Of a stretch of DNA of 64,000 nt, positions 27,146 to 40,080 are shown piece after piece. This stretch comes from an uncultured bacterium. Lineage in GTDB: Bacteria; Oederibacteriota; Oederibacteriia; Oederibacteriales; Oederibacteriaceae. The number at the start of each line of letters is the position of its first letter. Within the stretch, counting starts at the first letter, position 1. Below the pieces are notes generated by a model. That model ran no database searches. It saw nothing but the letters and a program-made list of their open reading frames with translations, and was not told the origin of the DNA. Made by a program: the position numbers and the translations under genes. The DNA is taken from contig OZ218778.1 in the NCBI GenBank assembly GCA_965112635.1, positions 736,001 through 800,000 of the forward strand. The letters are read 5' to 3'.

Positions 27146-29785
27146 TCAGGCCCCCGCGTCTTCCTGGCTGATGTTCTTGAGCCTGAACTCCTGCTGCAGG
27201 TCGTCCTTGGACGGACCATCGTCTGGGACGGCCTCTCCCTTAGCTTTCCCCTGGACGGTCTTGGGGAAGACCAGGGCGAACACATTGCCCTTGTCCACCT
27301 CGGTGTAGATCTTGAGCTGGGCATGATGGCCTTCCATCACTTTTTTCATGAGCGGGAAACGCACCCCGGATGAGGCGGCCACGCTGCCGAGGAAAGAATC
27401 CGGCCCGTGGAAATCGCTGAACAGTTTTTCGATCTGGCCCGCGGTCAGGAGCCGTCCCTGGTCCGTGACCTTGAAGGTCACGTCGTTCCTGCCCTCCAAA
27501 ACCTCCAGGGAAACCGTGGAATTGGACGGCGAGTTCTTGATGGCCGCGCCCATAAGGGTCAGCAGGGCCTGCTTGACCCGCTGCTCGTCGATGACCAGGG
27601 ACACGGATTCGGAGGAATACAGCGCTTTGACCGCGATATTGAGCTCTTCGGCCTGGGACTGAACGGTCATGACGCAATCCTTGACCAGCTTGACAAAATT
27701 GACGGACGCGCGGTTGAGGTTGACCTCCCCGCCCTCGATCTTGGAGAACTCCAAAAGGTCCGCCAGCAGCCTTTCCAGCCTCGCGCTGCGGTGGACTAGG
27801 TTGCCCAAAAATTCCTGCTGGCTCTCGGTCAGGGGGTCCGGGCTGGAGAGGCTCTTGGCGATGTATTCTTTTATCCCGTTGAGGCAGACCTGCCAGTCCG
27901 CGGCCAGGTTGGACACGGCCTCGCGCTGGATCCTGGCGCTCTGCAGGGACCGCTGCGCTTCCGTGACCTTGTCCTCTTTGACCCGGTCGGCTTTTTGGAC
28001 ATCTTTGGTCATCTCGTCGTACTGCAGGGCGCTGCGTAACCAGGGCCCCAGCTTGGGCAGCAGGCCTTCCAGATGGTCGATGGTGTCCTGGGACAGGGTG
28101 TCGCGGGTCCGGAAATTGTCCGCCAGCATGACGCCCAAAACTTCGTTCTCGTAGATGAGGGGCACGGCGATAAACGCCTGGGTCTCTTCCAGGACCAAAA
28201 GCTCTCCCTTGCCCACGCGCGAATCCCGCAGGACATCCTGGATATTATAGGAAGCGCGCTGGAGGACCGAACGGGCGGCGATGCTGCCGTTGGGCACGAC
28301 CGGGATCTCCAGGCCCGCGACCGCGGCCGGGATATCCTGAGTGCCGACCCCGCGTTTAAGGATGGCGGGACCGTCGCTGGATTCCTGTCTGAGGAAAAAG
28401 CAGGCCCGGTCCAGCTTGAGCTCCCGGCAGATGATGGCAAGGGCGATCTTGCAGCCCTCTTTGTAACCGGGGGTCTTTTGGGCGGAGATATAAAGTTCGG
28501 GGAGGAGGAACTGTTCGGCCGAGCGTTTTTTGAGCTCCTGGAACTCGGCTTCCAGCCGGGTCAGGGCTTCGGTCTTTTGGGTGAGCATCTCGTCCACCCA
28601 CTCTTTTTCTTCCTGGGACTGTTTGAGGGATCTCCGGAGCCCCTCGGTCTTCTCTTCGGCCTGGGTGATGAGGCCCTGCAGGGTGGCGAACCCTTTGCCG
28701 ACAATGCCCGCTTCATCCTGTCTGCTGGCGTCAAAATCCGCCGTGAGCTCCCCCTCCGCCACGCGGGAAGCGCTCAAAAGAAGTTCGGTCCAGGGTTTGA
28801 GCCAGGCCACGATGAGGAAGCTGCCGATCAAGATGCACAGCACGGCCATGGCCAGGGGCAGCCAAACGGCCGGAGAGGCCCAAACCGACTCGTTGACCTC
28901 GGCGCTGGTCGGCACGAGGTAATCCTCGGCCGGGACGACCACGCCGACGCTCAGGCCCCGGCCTCCGACAGGCCCGTAAGCCACGATGCCGGACACGAGC
29001 TTGGAGGCCGCAATGCCGTGTCCCCGTTCCCCGGACACCATCTTGGTCACCATCTCGCTGAAGGAGGCGTCCTGGCTGTCTTTGACCCAGTTCTCTTTGA
29101 ACTGCTTTTCGGGGTCCTTGTGGAACAGGACGGTGCCGTCCCTGTCCAGGAGGACCGCGTAACCGGACTTGCCCAGGGTCACGCCCTCCAGGAAGCGGAA
29201 GAAGACCTGGAACTGCACGGACATGGTCAGGACGCCGCTCACTTTGCCTTCGGAATTATAGGTGGGGGCCGAAAAAAGGTAGACCGGCCCGTTGTCCTTG
29301 GTCTTTTGGTTGGTGGTCTGGACCTGCTGGCTGTCCTTGGCGGAGCGGAAATACTCTTTGTCGCTGTAGTCCTGGCCGATGGCTTTTTTGTCCTCCGGGA
29401 CCTGGTTGAAGACCACGCCGACCCGGTCCAGGACAACGATCTTGACGCAGCCGGGATGTTCGGTCAAATAGGCGGTCAAAAACTCTTTTTGGGCGTTGAT
29501 CTGGGAATGCCGGACATAGACTTGCCGGGCCAGGACCGCGGCCTCCCTGTCCCAGACCCTGAACTCCTGCTCCAGCGTCTTGCCCAGGGTTTCAGCCAGT
29601 TCCTGGCTGGCCGGGATGAGCAGGTCCTGGGCCTGCTGGCTTTCCTCACTGCGTTCCTTGATGAGCTCCTGGTTGAATTCCTCTTGTTTTAAGGTAAGTT
29701 CCTGCTGGATCTTCCAGGTGGCCAGGCCGACAGGCAAAAGCACCAGAAAGAACAGGACTATCAATAGTTTTGCCTTTAACCGCAT
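27146..29785 (-). CDS. Membrane sensor dCache-HAMP-GAF-HisKA/HATPase-like protein with degenerate kinase motifs
   Basis: TM-dCache (DYSDKEYF, GKSGYAVLLD)-TM-HAMP-GAF-kinase-like tail lacking H, N and G2 box residues. Confidence 0.8.
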   Translation of the reverse strand: MRLKAKLLIVLFFLVLLPVGLATWKIQQELTLKQEEFNQELIKERSEESQQAQDLLIPASQELAETLGKTLEQEFRVWDREAAVLARQVYVRHSQINAQKEFLTAYLTEHPGCVKIVVLDRVGVVFNQVPEDKKAIGQDYSDKEYFRSAKDSQQVQTTNQKTKDNGPVYLFSAPTYNSEGKVSGVLTMSVQFQVFFRFLEGVTLGKSGYAVLLDRDGTVLFHKDPEKQFKENWVKDSQDASFSEMVTKMVSGERGHGIAASKLVSGIVAYGPVGGRGLSVGVVVPAEDYLVPTSAEVNESVWASPAVWLPLAMAVLCILIGSFLIVAWLKPWTELLLSASRVAEGELTADFDASRQDEAGIVGKGFATLQGLITQAEEKTEGLRRSLKQSQEEKEWVDEMLTQKTEALTRLEAEFQELKKRSAEQFLLPELYISAQKTPGYKEGCKIALAIICRELKLDRACFFLRQESSDGPAILKRGVGTQDIPAAVAGLEIPVVPNGSIAARSVLQRASYNIQDVLRDSRVGKGELLVLEETQAFIAVPLIYENEVLGVMLADNFRTRDTLSQDTIDHLEGLLPKLGPWLRSALQYDEMTKDVQKADRVKEDKVTEAQRSLQSARIQREAVSNLAADWQVCLNGIKEYIAKSLSSPDPLTESQQEFLGNLVHRSARLERLLADLLEFSKIEGGEVNLNRASVNFVKLVKDCVMTVQSQAEELNIAVKALYSSESVSLVIDEQRVKQALLTLMGAAIKNSPSNSTVSLEVLEGRNDVTFKVTDQGRLLTAGQIEKLFSDFHGPDSFLGSVAASSGVRFPLMKKVMEGHHAQLKIYTEVDKGNVFALVFPKTVQGKAKGEAVPDDGPSKDDLQQEFRLKNISQEDAGA

Positions 29786-29817
29786 AAAACTCCTTTAAAT
29801 TTCTATTTTCTTTCATC

Positions 29818-29846
29818 ATAATACAAGGAATTATACGGGGGTGCAA
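29818..29846 (-). promoter_or_regulatory. Putative sigma70 promoter for the sensor gene
   Basis: TTGCAC-N17-TATTAT. Confidence 0.45.
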
Positions 29847-29989
29847 GTCATTCTCCTGCTTTCAAAAGCGTGGCCAGGGGCGCTCTTTTTACGGCCGCCC
29901 CCAGCCGGTCTGTCCTGAAAAAATGGCAAAAATTGAAATTTTTTGGCTGAATCGTTTGTTGTATATAATGAAAGGCCTGATAAGAACTC

Positions 29990-30520
29990 ATGGCTCAAGA
30001 AAAACGGCAAGAAGGGCAAAAGCCGGTCTTTGAAAAAGAGGCCGTGGAATTATTGGACCTCATGTACGGGCTGGCTTTGAGGCTCTGCAGGAACCCAAGC
30101 CAGGCCGAGGACCTGGTGCACGATACTTACATCAAGGCCTGGCGTTATCAGGACAGTTTTCGGCTGGGAACGTCCCTTAAAGCGTGGCTTTTTTCGATCT
30201 TGAAGAACACGTTCCTGAACGAAATAAAAAGAGGCAAGTTCATCGACAGCCATGTCGTGATCGAGGACCTGCCCCTCAAGAGCCAGAACAAGGAATACGG
30301 GGACGACCAGTACAGCGACGAGGTCAAGCTGGCCCTGGACGCCTTGCCCAAGAAGCAAAGGATGGTCCTGCTCCTGGCCGACGTGGAAGAGTGGTCCTAT
30401 CAAGAGATCGGGCAGGCGCTGCAGTGCCCGAAGAACACGGTCGGCACCCTGCTCAAAAGGGCAAGGGATGCGATGAAAAAAATGATCCAGAAACAGGAAG
30501 GAAGAAAGGAAAGGCCATGA
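29990..30520 (+). CDS. ECF sigma factor
   Basis: AEDLVHDTYIKAW, KAWLFSILKN, SYQEIGQAL.CP.NTV. Confidence 0.93.
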   Translation: MAQEKRQEGQKPVFEKEAVELLDLMYGLALRLCRNPSQAEDLVHDTYIKAWRYQDSFRLGTSLKAWLFSILKNTFLNEIKRGKFIDSHVVIEDLPLKSQNKEYGDDQYSDEVKLALDALPKKQRMVLLLADVEEWSYQEIGQALQCPKNTVGTLLKRARDAMKKMIQKQEGRKERP

Positions 30521-31008
30521 AACAGCACCTCCAAAGCGAACAGATCGACCGGCTGGCGTATGAAGCGTCGGCCAAGGTCAGTATTTTTCCTGAGACCAGC
30601 GTGGAAAAAACGCATCTAAAAACATGCGCCTCCTGCCGGTCCCTCGTGGAGGAAGCGCTGTTTTCCAAACAGCTTTTAAGATCTTTGCCGCGGGCCGAAA
30701 AGGCACCCCACAGGCTCCGGCTGGAGATCGAAAGAATGTTCCGTCATCAGGAACCGAGGCCGGGGCTGTTATCCCGACTCACCCAAGGGTGGTTGCTTAA
30801 CAGCCCCTGGGCCAAATCCGCCCTGGTCACCATCGGGATGTTCCTGGTCCTGGGCGGCGCTTACGTCTGGCACACCCAAGCCTCCCTCAAAAAAGACGCC
30901 GAGGACCCCCTTTCGCTGGAATGGGCCTTTGAACAGAACGACCAATCCGTCAATACCGACCTGACCCTGCTGACCGAAGAGCTCGAGGAGATGGCCAATG
31001 AAAAATAA
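30517..31008 (+). CDS. Zinc-binding anti-sigma factor (ZAS) with single TM
   Basis: ATG overlaps sigma stop (ATGA); HLKTCASC HxxxCxxC motif; C-terminal TM. Confidence 0.85.
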   Translation: MKQHLQSEQIDRLAYEASAKVSIFPETSVEKTHLKTCASCRSLVEEALFSKQLLRSLPRAEKAPHRLRLEIERMFRHQEPRPGLLSRLTQGWLLNSPWAKSALVTIGMFLVLGGAYVWHTQASLKKDAEDPLSLEWAFEQNDQSVNTDLTLLTEELEEMANEK

Positions 31009-31735
31009 GCTCGCCACGGGCTTTGTTCTGCTATGCTGCGCGGGCTTCCTGCTTTTGCATCCGGCCTTCGGCCAGACGGTCACCGAGACCAGCGACCCTC
31101 TGACCAAAGAGATCAATTCGACCCGTCACGCTCTCCGCGACACCGAGATACAGCATCTGCAGCTTGAGATCAAAGAACTCGACCTGCGCATCAAAAGGCA
31201 GCAGGCCGCCCTTGTGAAGATCCAGCCCCAGGGCGACCCCGCCATGCAGACCCTGCTCCAGGAAAGCATCGCCGTGTCCCAGGAGACCCTGTCCACGGTC
31301 CAAAAGATCGAGTCCCTGACCGAACAGCTCCACCAGGCCCGGAAACAAAAAGAATACGCCAAAGGCGACCAGATCTACCACGAACTCAAAACCGTCAAGG
31401 AGACCTACTCGGAACAGCAGCTGGACGTCCTGGTCCTGCGCCAAAAGATCTACCTGGCCAGGCTCAAGGAAAATTTTGTGGGCCGCCTCCATGACCTGAA
31501 CGCCACGATCATCAAGGCCCAGCAGCTCAAAAACCCGACCGCGGTCCAATCGGCCGACGACGCCAAAAAACCTCTGGAGCAGGCCGTGAAGCTGGTCGAC
31601 GACCTCAACCTCCTGGTCCAGAAAATGCATGATGCCAAAGAGCAGGACAACGAGGAGACATTGGACAGCCTCGTGGAACAGGCTCAGGCCAAGAAAACAG
31701 CCCTGCAGGAGATCCAGAAAAAATTAAAGATGTAA
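30998..31735 (+). CDS. Exported coiled-coil hypothetical protein
   Basis: Signal peptide (AFG-Q) then helical heptads; overlaps anti-sigma stop. Confidence 0.75.
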   Translation: MKNKLATGFVLLCCAGFLLLHPAFGQTVTETSDPLTKEINSTRHALRDTEIQHLQLEIKELDLRIKRQQAALVKIQPQGDPAMQTLLQESIAVSQETLSTVQKIESLTEQLHQARKQKEYAKGDQIYHELKTVKETYSEQQLDVLVLRQKIYLARLKENFVGRLHDLNATIIKAQQLKNPTAVQSADDAKKPLEQAVKLVDDLNLLVQKMHDAKEQDNEETLDSLVEQAQAKKTALQEIQKKLKM

Positions 31736-31817
31736 TCAAGGCAACCGCCCGCGGCCAAAAAGGCCGGGGCCAGGAATCATCAATTAAATAAACAAAAAGA
31801 CGGGGGGTGAATAAAAC

Positions 31818-32018
31818 ATGAAGAAACTTATCGCAGTTCTAATCGGAGCCACGATCCTGATGGGAGGTCTGACGATCGGATATACCGCTGACCCTTCCAC
31901 CGGAAACGGAACATCCGTGACCCAGCCCGATAAAGGAAAAGGCAAATGTTCTACTAAAAAGGGCAAGAAAAAACACCACAAAAAAGGCGGTTCCGTGGTG
32001 ACCCCGGGTTCGAAGTAA
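31818..32018 (+). CDS. Small secreted Lys/His-rich protein
   Basis: MKKLIAVLIG signal peptide; KKGKKKHHKK tail; GGGGGTGA RBS. Confidence 0.65.
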   Translation: MKKLIAVLIGATILMGGLTIGYTADPSTGNGTSVTQPDKGKGKCSTKKGKKKHHKKGGSVVTPGSK

Positions 32019-32033
32019 ACACTGCTAGGAAAT

Positions 32034-32069
32034 AAAAAAAGGGGGTTCTGCTTAACGCAGAACCCCCTT
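32034..32069 (-). terminator. Intrinsic terminator after gyrA (possibly bidirectional)
   Basis: aagggggttctgc-ttaac-gcagaaccccctt stem with A7 tract on the + side. Confidence 0.85.
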
Positions 32070-32082
32070 GTGTTTTCCCAAC

Positions 32083-34668
32083 CTATTCGGCCTTTTCGGC
32101 CCCTTCTTCTTCCTCGTCCTTGACCGCGATACGGGCCACGGCCACCACGCTGTCTTTCTCGCCCAGCCGGATGAGCCTCACACCCTGCGTGTTGCGGCCC
32201 TGGGTGCGGATGTCTTTGACCTTCATCCTGAGCATGATCCCCTGCGCGGTGATGACCATCAGCTCGTCCTCGTCGCTGACCTCTTTGGCGTCAACCACTT
32301 TGCCGGTCTTTTCCTTGACCTTGAGGTTGATCATGCCCTTGCCGCCCCGGTTTTGGATGCGGTAATCCGAAACGCTGGTGCGCTTGCCGTAGCCGTTCTC
32401 CGTCACCGTCAGGAAAGTCCCCTTGTTGCCGTGGATGACGGCCATGCCGATGACCTCGTCGTCCTTGGACAGCTTGATGCCCCGGACGCCCTTGGCGGCG
32501 CGTCCCATCTCCCTGACCTTGGTCTCCTTCATGCGGATCCCCTTGCCGATGCGGGTGGCCAGCGCGATGTCTTCCTTGCCGTTGGTCATTTCTACGCCGA
32601 TCACTTCGTCGTTCTTCTGGAGTTTGAGGCCCAGGATCCCGCCGGCGCGCTGGTGGCTGTAGGCCACGAGGGCCGTCTTTTTGAGCATCCCCTTGCGGGT
32701 CGCCATGAGCATGAACTGTTTCTCAAAGCTTTTGACGGTCATGGCCGCCGCGACGGTGTCGCCCTCCTTGAGCCGGATCATCCCGCCGATGGCCTTGCCC
32801 TTGGCCTGGCGGCCGGCCTCCGGGACCTCGTAGACCTTGACCTGGTGGACGTAACCCTGCCGGGTGAAGAACAGGATGAAGTCGTGCGTGGTGGCCGTGA
32901 ACAGCTGCTCGACAAAATCCTCTTCTTTGGTGCCCATGGCGGCCACGCCCCGGCCTCCGCGACGCTGGGCTCGGTAGGTCGAGACCGGGAGCCGCTTGAT
33001 GTATCCCTGGTGGGAAATGGTCACGACCACGTCCTCCTCGGCGATCAGGTCCTCGATCTCCAGGTTCTCCGCCTTGCCGATGATCTCCGTCCGCCTGGGG
33101 TCCGCGTACTTTTGTTTCATCTCCAGCAGCTCTTCTTTGATCAGGTTGAGGATCTTGCGGCGGCTGGCCAAAATGCCTTTGAGGGTCTCGATGGTCTTGA
33201 TCAGCTGCAGGTATTCTTCATCTATCTTCTGTCTTTCCAGGGAGGTGAGCTGCTGGAGCCTCATGTCCAGGATGGCCTGGGCCTGCTCCGGGGACAGCTT
33301 GAAGAATTTGACGAGCGATTTTTTGGCCTCGTCCACGGAAGCGGAACCCCGGATGACCTTGATGATGCGGTCCAGGTTGCTCAGGGCGATCTTGAGGCCT
33401 TCCAGAATATGGGCCCTTTTCTCCGCCTTATTTAGGTCAAATTGGGTCCTGCGGACGATCACATCCTCGCGGTGTTTGATGTAGAAATAAAGCATGCCCT
33501 TAAGGTTGAGGATGCGGGGTTGGCCGTCCACCAGCGCCAGAAGCGTTACGCCGAAGGTTTCCCGCAGCTGGGTATGCTTGAAAAGCTGGTTTAAAATGAC
33601 CTCCGCGTTCTCGTGCTTGCCGATCTCGATCACGACGCGCATGCCCTCGCGGTCGGACTCATCGCGGATATCGCTGATCCCTTCTATCTTTTTATTCTGC
33701 ACCAGGTCCGCGATGGTCTCGATGAGCTGGGCCTTGTTGACCTGGTAGGGGATCTCGGTGATGAGGATGCGTTTGCGCCCTTTTTTGTCCTCCTCGGTCT
33801 TGGCCTTGCCCTGCATCTGGATCATCCCGCGTCCGGTCTGGTAGGCGGAACGGATCCCGTCCTTGCCCAGAATATAGGCGCCGGTCGGGAAATCCGGGCC
33901 TTTGATGTATTTCATCAGCTCTTCGACTTTGATCTCGGGGTTGTCCAACATGGCCACCAGGCCGTCCACGACCTCGCCCAGATTATGGGGCGGGATGTTG
34001 GTCGCCATGCCTACCGCGATGCCGGCGGAACCGTTGATGAGCAGGTTGGGGATCTTGGAGGGAAGGACCAGGGGCTCTTCCCTGCTTTCGTCGTAGTTGG
34101 GGCCGAAGGCGACGGTCTCTTTCTCGATATCGGCCAGGAGTTCGGAAGCGATGGGGTCGAGCCGGATCTCCGTGTAACGCATGGCGGCCGCCGAATCGCC
34201 GTCAATGGACCCGAAATTGCCCTGGCCGTCCACCAGCGGGTACCGGCTGGCGAAATCCTGGGCCATGCGCACGATGGTGTCGTAGACCGCCACATCGCCG
34301 TGGGGATGGTAGTTGCCCAGCACTTCACCGACGATCTTGGCCGATTTCCGATAGGGCTTGTTGTGCAGGACGCCCATCTCGTTCATGGCGAACAGGATGC
34401 GGCGGTGCACCGGCTTTAACCCGTCCCGGACATCCGGCAGGGCCCGGCCCACGATGACGCTCATCGCGTAATCCAGGTAGGAGCCCCGCATCTCGGACTC
34501 TATGTCGACCGCTTGGTACTTTTCCTTGACGGCCTCAGCTGGCACGCCGGGCTGGGCCGCCGGGTGCGGGACTGTCTGCGGAGCCGCCGGGGCGGGCCCT
34601 GCGGCGGGCTTGGCCGCTTCTTTCTTTTCCTTTTTCTCTTTTTTTTCTTTTTTCCTGCGCGGGCTGAT
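32083..34668 (-). CDS. gyrA: DNA gyrase subunit A (start probably ATC at 34668; ORF-track GTG at 34545)
   Basis: [27 protein letters not shown], GyrA-box QRRGGRG. Confidence 0.97.
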   Translation of the reverse strand: MSPRRKKEKKEKKEKKEAAKPAAGPAPAAPQTVPHPAAQPGVPAEAVKEKYQAVDIESEMRGSYLDYAMSVIVGRALPDVRDGLKPVHRRILFAMNEMGVLHNKPYRKSAKIVGEVLGNYHPHGDVAVYDTIVRMAQDFASRYPLVDGQGNFGSIDGDSAAAMRYTEIRLDPIASELLADIEKETVAFGPNYDESREEPLVLPSKIPNLLINGSAGIAVGMATNIPPHNLGEVVDGLVAMLDNPEIKVEELMKYIKGPDFPTGAYILGKDGIRSAYQTGRGMIQMQGKAKTEEDKKGRKRILITEIPYQVNKAQLIETIADLVQNKKIEGISDIRDESDREGMRVVIEIGKHENAEVILNQLFKHTQLRETFGVTLLALVDGQPRILNLKGMLYFYIKHREDVIVRRTQFDLNKAEKRAHILEGLKIALSNLDRIIKVIRGSASVDEAKKSLVKFFKLSPEQAQAILDMRLQQLTSLERQKIDEEYLQLIKTIETLKGILASRRKILNLIKEELLEMKQKYADPRRTEIIGKAENLEIEDLIAEEDVVVTISHQGYIKRLPVSTYRAQRRGGRGVAAMGTKEEDFVEQLFTATTHDFILFFTRQGYVHQVKVYEVPEAGRQAKGKAIGGMIRLKEGDTVAAAMTVKSFEKQFMLMATRKGMLKKTALVAYSHQRAGGILGLKLQKNDEVIGVEMTNGKEDIALATRIGKGIRMKETKVREMGRAAKGVRGIKLSKDDEVIGMAVIHGNKGTFLTVTENGYGKRTSVSDYRIQNRGGKGMINLKVKEKTGKVVDAKEVSDEDELMVITAQGIMLRMKVKDIRTQGRNTQGVRLIRLGEKDSVVAVARIAVKDEEEEGAEKAE

Positions 34669-34698
34669 GGTGCCTCCTAAAAATTATTTCGCTTATCT

Positions 34699-37548
<2,850 letters not shown>

Positions 37549-37552
<4 letters not shown>

Positions 37553-38709
37553 CGGGCCACCGTTTCCGACCGCCGGGCTTTGCCGTTCTCGATACGCCAA
37601 ACCACGGGGCGTTCCGTCCCCTGGCCCGGTCCAAAAAATACAAAATCGTTGGACGGGGCGCCCGTGGTGCTGATAAAGGTCTGGCTGCCCGCTTTCATCA
37701 GGTCCACCAGGGCCTTTTGCCTCTGCCCGTCCAGTTCCGACAGCACGTCGTCCAAAAGAAGGAGCGGCGCCTCGCGGCGCTGTTTCTCCAGCAACACCCA
37801 CTCCGCCAGTTTAAACGCCAGCACCGCACAGCGATGCTGTCCCCGGGAACCGAAATTCTTGAGCGGCTTCTGGCTCAGCCAAAAGCTGATATTGTCCCGG
37901 TGCGGCCCCAGGGAAGTCTGCCCGCGCCGGATATCCTGGTCCCTCATGTCCTTGAGGCCGGCCTCGAAGACCGCCTTGTCCCCTTTGAGGGACGGCCAGG
38001 AGCGGTCCAGGCGTTCCCACGACCGCTCGTACTTTAGCTCCAGATCCTCGTGCTCCGCGCCGCCCGAGAGCTTGCGGTAAAACTCCCGGCACAGGGGGTT
38101 CAGGGTCTCGAGCAGTCCGGCCCTGTCTTTCATAAGAGCGCAGCCTTTGTCCACCAGCAGGGCGTCCCACGGATCCAGCAGGGACGGCACGGCCCCGGTC
38201 CGCGTTATTTCATCCAGCAGTTTCTGGCGCTGGCTCAGGACCCCCTGGTACTCCTGCCACTGAGCCTTGTATTCCGCGGAGAGCTGGAATAAAAGGTTGT
38301 CCACCATCCCCCGCCGGACGCTGCTGGACCCCGCGGGAGAGGCAACATCGTCGGGCGTGAACACCACCAAAGCCAAAACCTCTTCGATGGGATTCTCCCT
38401 CGAAACCTTTTTGCCGTTTAAAAGAACTTTTTTCCGAGACTCCGTGTTAAAAACGATCTCGACCCGCTGGTCCTGCCCGCCGGAGGCCAGTTGCCCTGCG
38501 ACCCGGCTCTCGGTCTTCCCAAAGAGCACATACTCTTCGTCCCTGGAGACCCTAAATGATTTTCTGCCGGACAACAATGACAAGGCTTCCAGGAGGTTGC
38601 TTTTACCTTGGCCGTTAGGCCCCGAAAAAACGTGCAGAGAAGCGTCTAAATCCAAGCTGAGGTTTTCGAAATTTCTAAAACAATAAAGATCCAAAGCTTT
38701 TACGCGCAA
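37549..38709 (-). CDS. recF: DNA replication/repair protein RecF
   Basis: FRNF, GPNGQGKSNLLEA, GPHRD, SRGQ, LLLDDVLSELD. Confidence 0.96.
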
Positions 38710-38743
38710 GCCGCCCCGCCCTCGCCGTCCGTCACAACCTTCC

Positions 38744-39841
38744 TCATATCCTCATGGGCATGATGACGCACAGGTAACTGTTGTCCCCTTCCGGCCGGAT
38801 GATCGCGGGATTGAGCGCCTCGGAGAGCTCGAGCATTGTCTCCGGCTGTTTGACCACCTTCAAGACGTCCTGGATAAAGCGTCCGTTGTAAGCGGCCACG
38901 ATCGGGTCGCCGTCATAGTTCACCTTGATCTCTTCTTTGGCCTCTCCCAGCTCCGGAGCGGACGCCGTGATCACGAGCTGCCCTTTTTGCGCCTCGAGCT
39001 TAATCGACGCAGATTTCTCAACGGAGAACACCGAGACCCTTCTGACGGCCTTGAGGAGGTCGTCGGTCTTGGCCCTGATCTTTTTGTCCGATTTTTTAGG
39101 GATGACCTGCTCGTAGTTCGGGAACTGCCCCTCGATAAGCCGCGAGGTCAGGAACAGGTTGTCCACCACAAAGATGATCTGATTCTCCAGGATGTTCAGC
39201 TTGACGTCGCCTTCGTCTTTTAACGCTTTGTTCAGCTCGTTGAGGGCCTTGCTGGGGATGATAACACCCTTTTTATCTTTGTAGGGCTTTTCCAGCTGGC
39301 GTTCGACGACGGCCAGCCTGTAGCCGTCCGTGGCCACCAGTGAGATCTTTTTACCGTCGATCATCAGATAGGCACCGTTCAAGACGTAACGGGTGGCATC
39401 CGCGGAAATCGCGAAAAAGATTAAAGAAATCATATCTTTGAACACTTTTTGAGGGATGGAAAAGCTGATTTCCTCTTTAAATTCGGGCAAAATCGGGAAA
39501 TCATCTATAGGAAGTCCGAAAAGGCGGACCTTTCCATTTTCATACTTTATGGTCATCTGGTAGTTGTCGTTAACCTCAATCTCTAACTCTTTTAAAGGTA
39601 GTTCTCTGACTATTTCATTCAATTTTTTGGCTGGGACCGTAATACTGCCTTTTTGCAGCACTTGTGCCGGCATAAAACACCGCAACCCTACCTCCAAATC
39701 GTTGCCGACCAGTTTTATAGTGTCTTTCTCGGTCTCGATTAATACATTTTCTAAGATAGGCAGGGTGTTCTTGGTAGCGACGACGCTTTGGACGATTTGA
39801 ATGGTCCTGAGCAGCTCTTCCTGGTTGCAGGAAAATTTCAT
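38744..39841 (-). CDS. dnaN: DNA polymerase III beta clamp
   Basis: ATDGYRL, LIEGQFPNY, VIMPMRI. Confidence 0.97.
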   Translation of the reverse strand: MKFSCNQEELLRTIQIVQSVVATKNTLPILENVLIETEKDTIKLVGNDLEVGLRCFMPAQVLQKGSITVPAKKLNEIVRELPLKELEIEVNDNYQMTIKYENGKVRLFGLPIDDFPILPEFKEEISFSIPQKVFKDMISLIFFAISADATRYVLNGAYLMIDGKKISLVATDGYRLAVVERQLEKPYKDKKGVIIPSKALNELNKALKDEGDVKLNILENQIIFVVDNLFLTSRLIEGQFPNYEQVIPKKSDKKIRAKTDDLLKAVRRVSVFSVEKSASIKLEAQKGQLVITASAPELGEAKEEIKVNYDGDPIVAAYNGRFIQDVLKVVKQPETMLELSEALNPAIIRPEGDNSYLCVIMPMRI

Positions 39842-40080
39842 TTATTCCTCCTCTTAAATATTAGTACCTTATATAAATAGTTTTCGTATTAGTAAGCATA
39901 GCGATAATGTGTATAATACCATTTTTTTTTATATAGTCAGGTGTTTGGAAAAATAAATTGTGCATAGATCTGTTGAAAAAGTTTTAAAAAGGCTGTGTGA
40001 AAACAAGAGCGGAAAATTAAATAGGTTTTCAACAGAGTTATTAGAAGGGTTGGAAAGGTGCGGATGAACAAAAAAGGCAG
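39842..40080. other. Replication origin oriC (dnaA-dnaN intergenic)
   Basis: DnaA box tgtgtataa (39908-39916) next to DnaA-trio-like CTA/TTA/ATA triplets (39878-39901) and an AT-rich tract; several degenerate boxes (tgtgcatag, tgttgaaaa, ttttcaaca). Confidence 0.75.
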
